Source: a virus | Taxonomy: Duplodnaviria > Heunggongvirae > Uroviricota > Caudoviricetes | Direction: 5' to 3' (one strand) | Length of the DNA stretch: 64,000 nt | Virus record (IMG/VR): IMGVR_UViG_3300029841_000003 | Shown: positions 18,784 to 27,919 of the stretch, piece after piece | Numbering within the stretch: the stretch's first letter is position 1 | Layout of the letters: each line of letters begins with the position of its first letter | Translations under genes and position numbers: made by a program | The notes under the pieces: generated by a model | The model's input: the letters and a program-made list of their open reading frames with translations, nothing else | The model's database searches: none | Told to the model about the DNA's origin: nothing

Positions 18784-20255
18784 TGAATACAATGGCAATT
18801 TTACTCTCAGACACATATAAACAGATACATAATAAAATCTATCCAAAAGGACTGACGAAATTAGTATCTTACTGGACCCCACGAAGATCAATGCTTAAGA
18901 ATCAGAACAAAATGGTATTCTTTGGTCTACAGGCATTTATTGAAGAGTATCTGGTCGATTATTTTAATAAAAACTTTTTTGAATTAACAGCAGCAGAAGT
19001 TGAGCATACATATAAATACAGTATGGATATACAGTTAGGAAATAGTTATGACCTAAAGCCTATTATGAAACTTCATAAATTAGGTTATCTTCCAATTCAG
19101 ATACGTGCTATCCCGGAGGGAACATTAGTACCAATGGGCATCCCATGCATCGAAATTACAAACACACATCCAGATTTTGCTTGGGTAGTACAGTGGATCG
19201 AATGTATCCTGCAGGTTGAACTCTGGAAACCATGTGCTCATGCAACAATTGGTCATATGTATAGAGAACTTGCAAATGACTACTATAAAATGACCTGTGA
19301 TGACTTTTTAAGACCTGAAATGGCATGCTCAGATTTTGGTATGAGAGGAATGTCTTGTATGGAAGAGGCAGTAAGATGTTCATCTGCTTGGTTATTATCA
19401 TTTGATAAGACAAGCACAATTCCAGCCATTGATTATATAGATACGTATTATGATGCTTGCTGCTGGACTGAAAAGATTGGAATTGGGGCTGTATCAACAG
19501 AGCATAGCTGCATGGCTTCAAACTTTGCAGTAGACGGTGATGAAATCACATTTGTAAAAAGACTACTTACAGAACTATATCCTAATGCATCTTTTAGTAT
19601 GGTATCTGATACATATGATTACTGGAACATGATTGATAATATCCTTCCGGCTTGTAAAAAAGAAATCATGCAGCATAATGGTAAACTTCTGGTTCGCCCA
19701 GATTCCGGAGATATGGTAGAAATTGCTGTAGAGACAATTGAAAAGCTTTGGAATACATTTGGCGGAACAGTAAATAACAAGGGATATAAAGTGCTTGACC
19801 CGCACATTGGAATTATCTATGGGGACGGATGTACTCTCAACAATGTAGAACAGGTATGGGAAGAACTTAAAGAAAAAGGATTTGCTGCAAACAATATTGT
19901 ATTCGGAGTCGGAGCATTTTGCTTCTCAGCAGTTATAGAACCCGATGGACATATAGTTGTTGTAACTAGGGATATGTTTGGTATTGCTATGAAAGCTACA
20001 TATGGAATTGTTAATGGCGAGCCAATTATGATTTATAAAGATCCAAAAACCGACACGAGTCATTTGAAAAAGTCTCATAAAGGGTGTTGTTGTATATATC
20101 ACGATGACAATGGAGAGTTGCAATGCATGGATGGATTTAATGATGTATTTCGTGACGGAGTATTAAGAACTGTATTTAAAGACGGTGAAATGTATCATAA
20201 AGAAACATTTGAAGACATTAGAGAAAGACTAAACGGAAGAAACAAAGATGAGTAA
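18783..20255 (+). CDS. nadV: nicotinamide phosphoribosyltransferase (NAMPT/NadV)
   Basis: 490 aa, aligned by eye along the full length of NAMPT: ILLSDTYK, AIPEGTLVP, DFGMRGMSCMEEA, VSDTYDYWN, LVRPDSGD, GYKVLDPHIGIIYGDG and VFGVGAF. Confidence 0.85.
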   Translation: MNTMAILLSDTYKQIHNKIYPKGLTKLVSYWTPRRSMLKNQNKMVFFGLQAFIEEYLVDYFNKNFFELTAAEVEHTYKYSMDIQLGNSYDLKPIMKLHKLGYLPIQIRAIPEGTLVPMGIPCIEITNTHPDFAWVVQWIECILQVELWKPCAHATIGHMYRELANDYYKMTCDDFLRPEMACSDFGMRGMSCMEEAVRCSSAWLLSFDKTSTIPAIDYIDTYYDACCWTEKIGIGAVSTEHSCMASNFAVDGDEITFVKRLLTELYPNASFSMVSDTYDYWNMIDNILPACKKEIMQHNGKLLVRPDSGDMVEIAVETIEKLWNTFGGTVNNKGYKVLDPHIGIIYGDGCTLNNVEQVWEELKEKGFAANNIVFGVGAFCFSAVIEPDGHIVVVTRDMFGIAMKATYGIVNGEPIMIYKDPKTDTSHLKKSHKGCCCIYHDDNGELQCMDGFNDVFRDGVLRTVFKDGEMYHKETFEDIRERLNGRNKDE

Positions 20256-20721
20256 AATTACAGATTATTTATTAAAAGATGATGTGATTGTAGTAATGGA
20301 TGTAGATGGAGTACTTGCTCCGTATGAGTTTTCTGAATTAAGTCATAGTATGACTGACGATGAATGGGACAGACTTGTAGCTTCCGGTGAGAATCCGTAT
20401 AAAGATGTGCGTCCGATCAAATTAATACAGGAGTTTATTCAGAAGAAAGGCGTGAATAAAGTATATACCTGTTCAAAGAGTCCTTTAAATGAAATTCCTG
20501 GTAAAAGAGCTTTTATAAAAGACAATTATGATCTGCCAGATGATAATATCTATTTCACTTTAGAAAAGACAGAAAAACTTACTGTGCTTCAAACGCTGCA
20601 ACAAAAGCTCGGACTTAAGCCATCTCAGATTGCAATTGTAGAAGATACAGTTAAAACTTTGGATTATATTCGTGCACATAGCGATTTTGTAACTGTACAT
20701 GTTTCATCATTTATGGAGTAG
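20248..20721 (+). CDS. HAD-superfamily hydrolase (phosphatase/nucleotidase-like)
   Basis: HAD motif I VVMDVDGVLA near the N-terminus. Confidence 0.45.
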   Translation: MSKITDYLLKDDVIVVMDVDGVLAPYEFSELSHSMTDDEWDRLVASGENPYKDVRPIKLIQEFIQKKGVNKVYTCSKSPLNEIPGKRAFIKDNYDLPDDNIYFTLEKTEKLTVLQTLQQKLGLKPSQIAIVEDTVKTLDYIRAHSDFVTVHVSSFME

Positions 20722-21142
20722 ATATAGGGAGGTATTAAAAATGAGTTATTTTACTGATTCAGTTTCAGATCTTTGTCAGGGGATTATTGATAAAGTAGAT
20801 ACTTATGAAAAACGAATCAAATACTTAGAAGAAGAAAACAAAAAGTTCAAAGATGAGCATTATAAAGACTCTGAAATGCAGAGAATGAAAACAGAGTTGG
20901 AAAAAGCAAAAGATGATTTACATAGAGGATTTCCAATTTCTAAAGAAGAAGAGGAGAAAATCAAAGAGTGGCAGTTAAAACATGACGCTGAGAAACATGG
21001 TTTGAAAACTATGGAACAGAGATTGAGAGCTGGCGGATGTTGTGGCGGGAGATATACATATCAATTTGTTCCCACAAGCATTGGAACTATTGGAGAAGTG
21101 ATTTGCTCCTGTGGCGAGAAGTTTACATTTCAGGATTTATAG
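20699..21142 (+). CDS. hypothetical coiled-coil protein with C-terminal Cys cluster
   Basis: 147-aa ORF with C-terminal GGCCGG...CSCGEKF. Confidence 0.3.
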   Translation: MFHHLWSRYREVLKMSYFTDSVSDLCQGIIDKVDTYEKRIKYLEEENKKFKDEHYKDSEMQRMKTELEKAKDDLHRGFPISKEEEEKIKEWQLKHDAEKHGLKTMEQRLRAGGCCGGRYTYQFVPTSIGTIGEVICSCGEKFTFQDL

Positions 21143-21152
21143 GAAAAGATTT

Positions 21153-21653
21153 ATGATTAAAATTATTGAAGGTAACATTGTAGATGCACAGACCGATTAT
21201 ATAATTCATCAAGTTAATTGCCAAGGAGAAATGAATACTGGAGTCGCTAAAGCATTAAGAGATTATGACGAAGGTATTTATATACATTATAGAAACGTCT
21301 GTAAATTACGTGAGTTTAATCCAGAATTACTTCTTGGAACATATGACGAGTACTTTATCAGAAGGAAAAATCAAGAGATATTGTCCTTATTTGCACAAGA
21401 CAAGTATGGATATGATGGAAAACAGTATACTGATGTTAAAGCTTTTCGAGAAGGATTAAATTTTATTCGACAACAAATACCTGTTTATTGGTTTGATGCT
21501 GATAACAGACCTCACAAGACAACCATTGCACTCCCATATAAAATAGGCTGCGGAAGAGGAGGAGCAGACTGGGAAGTGGTTTATAAGATTATAGAAGAAG
21601 AATTAAGTAGTTTTGAAGTAGAATTGTGGAAATTGGAGGAGCAGAATGTTTAA
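21153..21653 (+). CDS. macro-domain-like protein (ADP-ribose binding/processing)
   Basis: The N-terminus MIKIIEGNIVDAQTDYIIHQVNCQGEMNTGVAKALRD parallels the macro-domain pattern (GDIT...DAIVNAAN..GGGGVDGAIHRAAG). The start was chosen at the internal ATG, because the track start at 21111 overlaps the previous gene. Confidence 0.45.
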   Translation: MIKIIEGNIVDAQTDYIIHQVNCQGEMNTGVAKALRDYDEGIYIHYRNVCKLREFNPELLLGTYDEYFIRRKNQEILSLFAQDKYGYDGKQYTDVKAFREGLNFIRQQIPVYWFDADNRPHKTTIALPYKIGCGRGGADWEVVYKIIEEELSSFEVELWKLEEQNV

Positions 21654-22791
21654 TGTAGAAAAAGCAACAAATGATTGTATTCAGTGGATTAGAGATTGGA
21701 GAGAAGAGAATGGTCCTGGATGTAATCTCATAGTAGGTATTTCCGGTGGCGTTGACTCTTTAGTAGCTGCTAAGCTATGTGTGGAAGCCGTTGGAGCTGA
21801 CAAAGTTCTCGGAGTAATCATGCCGAACTATAAACAGGATGATATTGATGTGGCTTATGATATTTGCCAGCATGTATTAAACATTGATTATCTTACTATT
21901 AATATTGGATCAGCTTATGATGATATTATTGATCAAATTGATGCTGCATTTAATGTAACAGATCAGACATTAATTAATCTCGCTCCTAGACTAAGAATGA
22001 CCACTCTATACGGGGTGTCACAGTCACACAATGGAAGAGTGGTTAATACATGTAATCTTTCTGAGGATTACATCGGATACTCCACTAGATATGGTGACGC
22101 AGCAGGGGACTTTTCACCGTTGGCTCAGTTCACAAAGAGTGAAGTAAAAAGAATCGGTTATTATTTAGGACTACCTAAAAAATATATAGAGAAAACACCA
22201 TCAGATGGGTTATGCGGTAAATCAGATGAAGATAGCTTCGGATTTACCTATGCAGTATTAGATAGATATATTCGTACAGGTATTTGCGATGATCCGGAAA
22301 TTAAAAGACGGATTGATCGTTTACATACAAAAAATAAGTTTAAACTGAAACCAATGCAGTATTTTAATTATAAAGAGGAGAAAACAGATATGAATATGTC
22401 ACCAGATGAGATTTTAAAAGCACTTGAAAAAGCAGTAGCGAAAAAAGAAAAAGAGCATACTATTGGAGAAGAGCTTAGAAGCTGTGAGCGTCAGATTAAA
22501 GATGCTTTAGGCATTGATGTATATATTGTACCTAAAAATAAAACTGATAAACAGGTTTGTAAAACACTTTCGAAAGATGATATCACATTTGTAGGAAGAA
22601 CAAAAGATATTGCTACAGGAAAAATTAGAACTACTGTAGGGTTCAAAGATGGAACACAGACTTCTGTAGTCTTAAATGATTGGGAAGACGAAGATGATAC
22701 TGAAAAAGCCATTATGTGGTGTTTGCTTAAGAAGTGTTTCAAATCAAAAAGAAGCTTAGAAAAAGTAATTTATTCAATGGAGGACATGTAA
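21646..22791 (+). CDS. nadE: NH3-dependent NAD+ synthetase (NadE) with ~130-aa C-terminal extension
   Basis: PP-loop SGGxDS (GISGGVDSLVAAKLC) plus NadE-type downstream blocks (RMTTLYGV, GDFSPLA). Residues ~250-381 form an extra domain of unknown function. Confidence 0.8.
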   Translation: MFNVEKATNDCIQWIRDWREENGPGCNLIVGISGGVDSLVAAKLCVEAVGADKVLGVIMPNYKQDDIDVAYDICQHVLNIDYLTINIGSAYDDIIDQIDAAFNVTDQTLINLAPRLRMTTLYGVSQSHNGRVVNTCNLSEDYIGYSTRYGDAAGDFSPLAQFTKSEVKRIGYYLGLPKKYIEKTPSDGLCGKSDEDSFGFTYAVLDRYIRTGICDDPEIKRRIDRLHTKNKFKLKPMQYFNYKEEKTDMNMSPDEILKALEKAVAKKEKEHTIGEELRSCERQIKDALGIDVYIVPKNKTDKQVCKTLSKDDITFVGRTKDIATGKIRTTVGFKDGTQTSVVLNDWEDEDDTEKAIMWCLLKKCFKSKRSLEKVIYSMEDM

Positions 22792-22792
22792 T

Positions 22793-22981
22793 ATGAGATC
22801 AAAGAATTCCTGGAACAAAGAGTATGAGACAAAAGTAGATAAAAACGGAAAGAAACATACTAGAATGGTTAAACATGGGATGAAGCAGTCTAAGAAGTCA
22901 CTTGCTTTTTCTAAACATGTAAATAAAATGAAAACTGATAAACCTAAGTGGAATAAGAAATCTAGTGGCGAGAGCCACTAG
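22793..22981 (+). CDS. small basic Lys-rich protein
   Basis: 62-aa ORF following an RBS. Confidence 0.3.
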   Translation: MRSKNSWNKEYETKVDKNGKKHTRMVKHGMKQSKKSLAFSKHVNKMKTDKPKWNKKSSGESH

Positions 22982-22993
22982 AAAGGAGGGCTC

Positions 22994-23389
22994 ATGAAAA
23001 TACGGAAAGGATTTGTTACTAATTCAAGCTCTAGCAGTTTCATTATTTGCTTTGCAAGGATTGCTGACAAAGAAAAAGCTCAGAAGATAATTGATCAGTT
23101 CAATCTTGATGTATTAGATGTTACTGGTGTAAATGATGAAAAAAACTGGTCTGGTGAGCTTGGTGCTAGTTGGTGCGGAGCGGTCATTTATGGGGTTGAT
23201 GACATTTTAGAAAAGCACCCTGATGGAGAATATATCGTAATTGAGGACAGGAACGATGCTTATTATGATGAATGGGGTGATGCTGTATATGATTATGATT
23301 TCTCTATGAATGAAGCAATAGATGCTATTACGGAAGTAAATGGATTTGCTGATATAGAAGTTGCTGAAGGAGAAGGGAGAGATGGTTAA
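22994..23389 (+). CDS. hypothetical protein, GFVTNSSSSS-motif family (paralog 1)
   Basis: Its N-terminus MKIRKGFVTNSSSSSFII is nearly identical to that of the next gene. RBS GAAAGGAGGG. Confidence 0.45.
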   Translation: MKIRKGFVTNSSSSSFIICFARIADKEKAQKIIDQFNLDVLDVTGVNDEKNWSGELGASWCGAVIYGVDDILEKHPDGEYIVIEDRNDAYYDEWGDAVYDYDFSMNEAIDAITEVNGFADIEVAEGEGRDG

Positions 23390-23772
23390 TGAAAATAAGA
23401 AGAGGATTTGTTACTAATAGTTCGTCTTCAAGTTATATCATTGCAAAAAAGAAAGATGCAACATTAGCAGACATTAAAAATTCACTGTTGAAAGTAAGAG
23501 ACAACGCTAAATCTTTTTTGATTGAACAGCATAAATGGATTGATCTTGAGCCGGATGTAGAAGAGTCAATAAGAAAAGAAGATTATGATAAGGCTGTGGA
23601 TGCGTTTTTAGAACACACAGCAGATTATTTATACGGTAACTTTAATGATGGAACATTAGGTGATTGGGAAGTTGGATCAGATGAATTCTGGAGTGAAAAC
23701 GGGGATCCATATGAAAATTTTATTTTAGATTCTGCATGGCTTATTGGTGATGAAAACTTACAGATTATCTGA
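23389..23772 (+). CDS. hypothetical protein, GFVTNSSSSS-motif family (paralog 2)
   Basis: N-terminus MKIRRGFVTNSSSSSYII. It is a tandem duplicate of the previous gene. Confidence 0.45.
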   Translation: MKIRRGFVTNSSSSSYIIAKKKDATLADIKNSLLKVRDNAKSFLIEQHKWIDLEPDVEESIRKEDYDKAVDAFLEHTADYLYGNFNDGTLGDWEVGSDEFWSENGDPYENFILDSAWLIGDENLQII

Positions 23773-23781
23773 GGAGTAAAC

Positions 23782-24300
23782 ATGAAAATAAAAGCAAAGC
23801 AAATAATTGTAGATGGGAGCACATCTTATAAATATTATAAACCTAAATTCTGTTGCAAAGCATTGGAAGAGAATCCTAGGATAGTTATTTCTAATGAATA
23901 TCCTGATAACTACTTATGTAGAACTTGTGAAACTATAGAATGCCATGGTTGTGACTATAAAACTGATGAAACTTTTGGAATTTTCTTTTACATAAGCGAA
24001 GAAGTCCAAGACTGGGAAGATACATGGCCTGAAGACTATTATTACCCTCTTAAATTCTGTCCATTTTGCGGAGAACCAATTGAAGTTGATGTCATAGAAA
24101 CCATTGATAAAACAGAAGAAGCAGAAAAGGTATCTGAGGTTGCAACGAAGCTACGAAAACAGTTATGGACATGTGATAGCAAGAAAAAGTGTGCAGAGTT
24201 AGAAAAAGAGATAAGGAACTTAGACGATATAGTAAATTATTATTATTCAACAGGAGAAATTGATGAAAATAGAGAAAATCAAAAAATTGTTGAAAAGTGA
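23782..24300 (+). CDS. Cys-rich zinc-finger-like protein
   Basis: 172 aa with CC..C, CRTCETIECHGC and CPFCGEP motifs. Confidence 0.35.
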   Translation: MKIKAKQIIVDGSTSYKYYKPKFCCKALEENPRIVISNEYPDNYLCRTCETIECHGCDYKTDETFGIFFYISEEVQDWEDTWPEDYYYPLKFCPFCGEPIEVDVIETIDKTEEAEKVSEVATKLRKQLWTCDSKKKCAELEKEIRNLDDIVNYYYSTGEIDENRENQKIVEK

Positions 24301-25294
24301 ACACTATGATTTCTTAAGAGCGAACGAGCACCTGGGGAGTAACATAATTCTATTAGGCTTAGGTGGGTCTCATGCTTATGGTACAGATACAGAAAACTCC
24401 GATCTGGATATTAGGGGTTGTGCTTTAAATAAAAGAGAAGAAATCCTGATTCCTACACATAATTTTGATCAGGTAACGGAAGAAACAACAGATACAACAA
24501 TCTATTCTTTTAATAAATTGATAACTCTATTGTCAAACTGCAACCCAAACACAATTGAGCTGATAGGATTGAAGCCAGAACATTATCTTTATATTCATCC
24601 AATTGGTCAAGAACTTCTTGATAATGCTGAAATGTTTTTATCTAAGAAAGCGATCTATTCTTTTGGAGGCTATGCTACAAGCCAGCTAAGAAGGCTCGAT
24701 AATAAATCTGCCAGGAAATTGGGACAAGAAGAAAGAATGCAGCATGTTCTTAATAGTATTATGAATGCTTTTTATACTTTCCCTGAAAAGTATTTCAATT
24801 TTCCAGAAGATGCAATAAAGCTTTATGTAGATAAAGGTATTCAGGAAGATTATGAAACAGAAGTATTTATGGATATCCAGTTGAAGCATTACCCTTTGAA
24901 TGATTATCAGGGGATGTGGGCCGAAATGAAAAACATTGTTAGGGATTATTCCAAAATTGGGAAGAGAAATAAGCATGCCATAGAACATAATAAGTTAGGA
25001 AAGCATATGTGCCATTTAGTGAGATTGTATCTTATGTGTTTTGATATTCTTGAAAAAGGCAAAATTATTACATATAGAGAAGATGATCATGAGCTTCTTA
25101 TGGCTCTACGTAATGGAGAATATTTGGATGCAAACAGTCAGCCTATCCCAGAATTTTTTGAAATGGTAAACGAGTTAGAGAAAAGACTTGAGTATGATTC
25201 AAAGAATACCTCATTGCCTGATAAACCAAATTATAAAGCTATAGAAGAATTTGTAATGTCTGTCAATGAAAGAATTGTATTAGGAGAGATTTAA
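24260..25294 (+). CDS. Pol-beta-superfamily nucleotidyltransferase (minimal NTase fold, PF10127-like)
   Basis: NTase signature GLGGSHAYGTDTENSDLDIRG (GS...D.D). 344 aa. The substrate is unknown. Confidence 0.5.
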   Translation: MMKIEKIKKLLKSEHYDFLRANEHLGSNIILLGLGGSHAYGTDTENSDLDIRGCALNKREEILIPTHNFDQVTEETTDTTIYSFNKLITLLSNCNPNTIELIGLKPEHYLYIHPIGQELLDNAEMFLSKKAIYSFGGYATSQLRRLDNKSARKLGQEERMQHVLNSIMNAFYTFPEKYFNFPEDAIKLYVDKGIQEDYETEVFMDIQLKHYPLNDYQGMWAEMKNIVRDYSKIGKRNKHAIEHNKLGKHMCHLVRLYLMCFDILEKGKIITYREDDHELLMALRNGEYLDANSQPIPEFFEMVNELEKRLEYDSKNTSLPDKPNYKAIEEFVMSVNERIVLGEI

Positions 25295-25296
25295 GA

Positions 25297-27918
25297 ATGA
25301 ATTTTAATGGATTAAAAAGTAGCGAAGTAGAGGTTAGTAGGACTACATATGGAAGTAATAAGCTTCCGGAACCTGAATTGAAAAAATGGTATCATTTTGC
25401 TAAGGAAGCATTAACTGAACCAATTACTATGATTCTAATAATAATTGCTTTGTTTCAGTTGGTTTTAGGCGCTATGGGAGTAATGTCTCTTTCTGAACCT
25501 GTAATGATTATAGTGGTTTTAGCTATTGTTACTGGAATTGCTATTAAGACAGGTCTAGGCGTACAGAAATCTGCAGCAGAGCTAAGAGCAAAAACGGCAG
25601 TTAGATATTGTGATGTTGTCCGAGATGGAAACGTACAGACAATTAATAAAGATGATCTGGTAGTAGGTGATTTAGTTCTATTGAGAACTGGACAAGAGAT
25701 TTTTGCAGATGGATTTATTGTTGATGGAGAAATTTCTGTTAATAACGCCGCTATCAATGGAGAGACAAAAGAATGTAGAAAAATTCCTAGTGCTAATTAT
25801 AAGCATGTTAAAACAACATCAACTACTGCATATACGGATCAGTGTTCTCTCTTTGCAGGAACAGTTATCATGTCTGGTGAAGGAAAAATGATTGTTACAG
25901 ATGTTGGTGTTAATACAGTTAATGGTGATACTCTTGTCAAAATGCAGACTTTAGAGCCTCCTAAGACAGCTCTTGATATTGCTCTGGATCATTTGTGTGA
26001 TTTTATTTCAAAATGGGGAACAATTGCGGCAGCATTAGCATTTGTAATTATGACAATTACAGGTATCTTAAATGCTGGAAGCTTAAGTCAGTATTTCTTA
26101 GGAAGTATTCTTGAAAGTATTCAGAAGGTAGCACAGAATGTCTCAAATGCATTGACAATTATTGTTGCGGCTGTACCGGAAGGTCTGCCACTCATTGTAA
26201 AACTTGTAACTAAACAGAATGTATCGACAATGGAAAAATTCAATATTCTTGCGAAGAATACTGGTAAAATTCCTGAATTGGCGTATGTTAATTTAATTTG
26301 TACGGATAAGACAGGAACTCTCACAACAGGTGAAATGACCTCTACAGTTATGATTAACGGTAACTGTCAGGATATTTTTAATAAGGAAAGTTCGCTCAAC
26401 GAGCTAATTGATTTAAACATTTGCATGAACAATAGCGCAGTGTTTGACTCTAATGGAAACATCACTGGTGGTAATTCGATTGATCGAGCAGTGCTTGATA
26501 TGCTTTCTCCTGAAGATGCACAAAAAATACAGAATAAAGCTATCATAAAGAAACGTGTTCCATTTAGTAGTGAAAATAAATTCTCTGCAATTACTTTAAG
26601 TAATGGAGCAAATGATTTTACTGTTTATAAGGGTGCACCAGAAAAACTGATTGAGAAATGCAAAACTTATCTCGATAATGATGGCAATGTAACTGAGCTA
26701 ACAGAAGAAAAACGAAAAGCTTTGAAAAGTCATATTAAGGGATTAACAGAGAAAGCAATGAGGTGTATTGCATTGACTATCTCAGATAAAGCTGATGATG
26801 GTCTCCCTGATGAAATGAATTTCCTTGGAGTCATTGGAGTTGTTGACCCGGTTAGGAATGAAGTTCCAGAAGCAGTAAAAATTGCTCATAAAGCTGGAAT
26901 TCAGGTAATTGAAATTACTGGTGATTGCATGGAGACGGCTAAGGCTGTTGCTATGGAAGCTGGCATTTATAAGCCTGGAGACTTAGCAGTTACTAATGAT
27001 GAGTTTGAGGCAATGTCAGATGTAAAAGTAAAAGAAATTATTCCACAGTTAAGAGTAATTTCCAGATGCTCACCGAATACGAAACTTCGTCTTGTAACAT
27101 TAGCGCAAGAAATTGGAATGTCTGTAGCAATGACAGGTGATGGTGTGAACGATGCTCCTGCATTAAAGAAAGCAGATGTAGGCTTTGGAATGCAAGACGG
27201 ATCTGATGTAGCAAAAGAAGCAGCAGACATTGTTTTGACGGACAATAATTTTGCAAGTGTAGTAAAAGCAGTCGAACTTGGTAGAACATTTATGCATAAC
27301 ATTATGATGTTCCTTGAATTCCAGCTGCCTATCAATATTTCGTTGTTGATCTTAAGTATGGTATTTCCAATTATTTCTGGTGGCTCTGCTCTATTAGCAG
27401 CAGTTCAGATCCTTATTGTAAATATCATCATGGATTCACTTAACTCATTAAGCTTTGGTGGAGAACCGCCAAAAGAAGAATATATGAATGAAGAGCCTAT
27501 CATGAAAGGATCCGGATTATTTATCCGTGGAGCGAAAGGGAGAATTGCATTAAGTTCAATTGTATTTATTGCTTTATTTGGTGTAATTACATTTGGTCCA
27601 GTTGGGAATATGTTTACAACAAAACTTTCGGCTATGACAGCGAGATTCGCTTTATTGTGTTTAATGGCAGTATTTAATGGATTCACTATTAGAACAGATA
27701 GTATGAATCTTTTCAAAGGAATTAAAAATAATAAATTATTTGTGTATATCGCATTAGGTATTTTTGCAATGACTGTAGTTTTGTGTAATTTTGTAGGAAA
27801 TTTAGTACAGACAACTCCAATGGATGTTAAACAGTGGATTGTAGTCTTAGTGACAGCTTTTATGATTGTGCCTGTAGATTGGATTAGGAAAGCAATTTGT
27901 AAGAAAGGAAGTAAATAA
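25297..27918 (+). CDS. P-type cation-transporting ATPase
   Basis: 873 aa with the phosphorylation motif ICTDKTGTLT, a TGD motif (ITGDCMETA), the hinge MTGDGVNDAPALKKADVGFGM and multiple TM segments at both ends. Confidence 0.85.
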   Translation: MNFNGLKSSEVEVSRTTYGSNKLPEPELKKWYHFAKEALTEPITMILIIIALFQLVLGAMGVMSLSEPVMIIVVLAIVTGIAIKTGLGVQKSAAELRAKTAVRYCDVVRDGNVQTINKDDLVVGDLVLLRTGQEIFADGFIVDGEISVNNAAINGETKECRKIPSANYKHVKTTSTTAYTDQCSLFAGTVIMSGEGKMIVTDVGVNTVNGDTLVKMQTLEPPKTALDIALDHLCDFISKWGTIAAALAFVIMTITGILNAGSLSQYFLGSILESIQKVAQNVSNALTIIVAAVPEGLPLIVKLVTKQNVSTMEKFNILAKNTGKIPELAYVNLICTDKTGTLTTGEMTSTVMINGNCQDIFNKESSLNELIDLNICMNNSAVFDSNGNITGGNSIDRAVLDMLSPEDAQKIQNKAIIKKRVPFSSENKFSAITLSNGANDFTVYKGAPEKLIEKCKTYLDNDGNVTELTEEKRKALKSHIKGLTEKAMRCIALTISDKADDGLPDEMNFLGVIGVVDPVRNEVPEAVKIAHKAGIQVIEITGDCMETAKAVAMEAGIYKPGDLAVTNDEFEAMSDVKVKEIIPQLRVISRCSPNTKLRLVTLAQEIGMSVAMTGDGVNDAPALKKADVGFGMQDGSDVAKEAADIVLTDNNFASVVKAVELGRTFMHNIMMFLEFQLPINISLLILSMVFPIISGGSALLAAVQILIVNIIMDSLNSLSFGGEPPKEEYMNEEPIMKGSGLFIRGAKGRIALSSIVFIALFGVITFGPVGNMFTTKLSAMTARFALLCLMAVFNGFTIRTDSMNLFKGIKNNKLFVYIALGIFAMTVVLCNFVGNLVQTTPMDVKQWIVVLVTAFMIVPVDWIRKAICKKGSK

Positions 27919-27919
27919 A

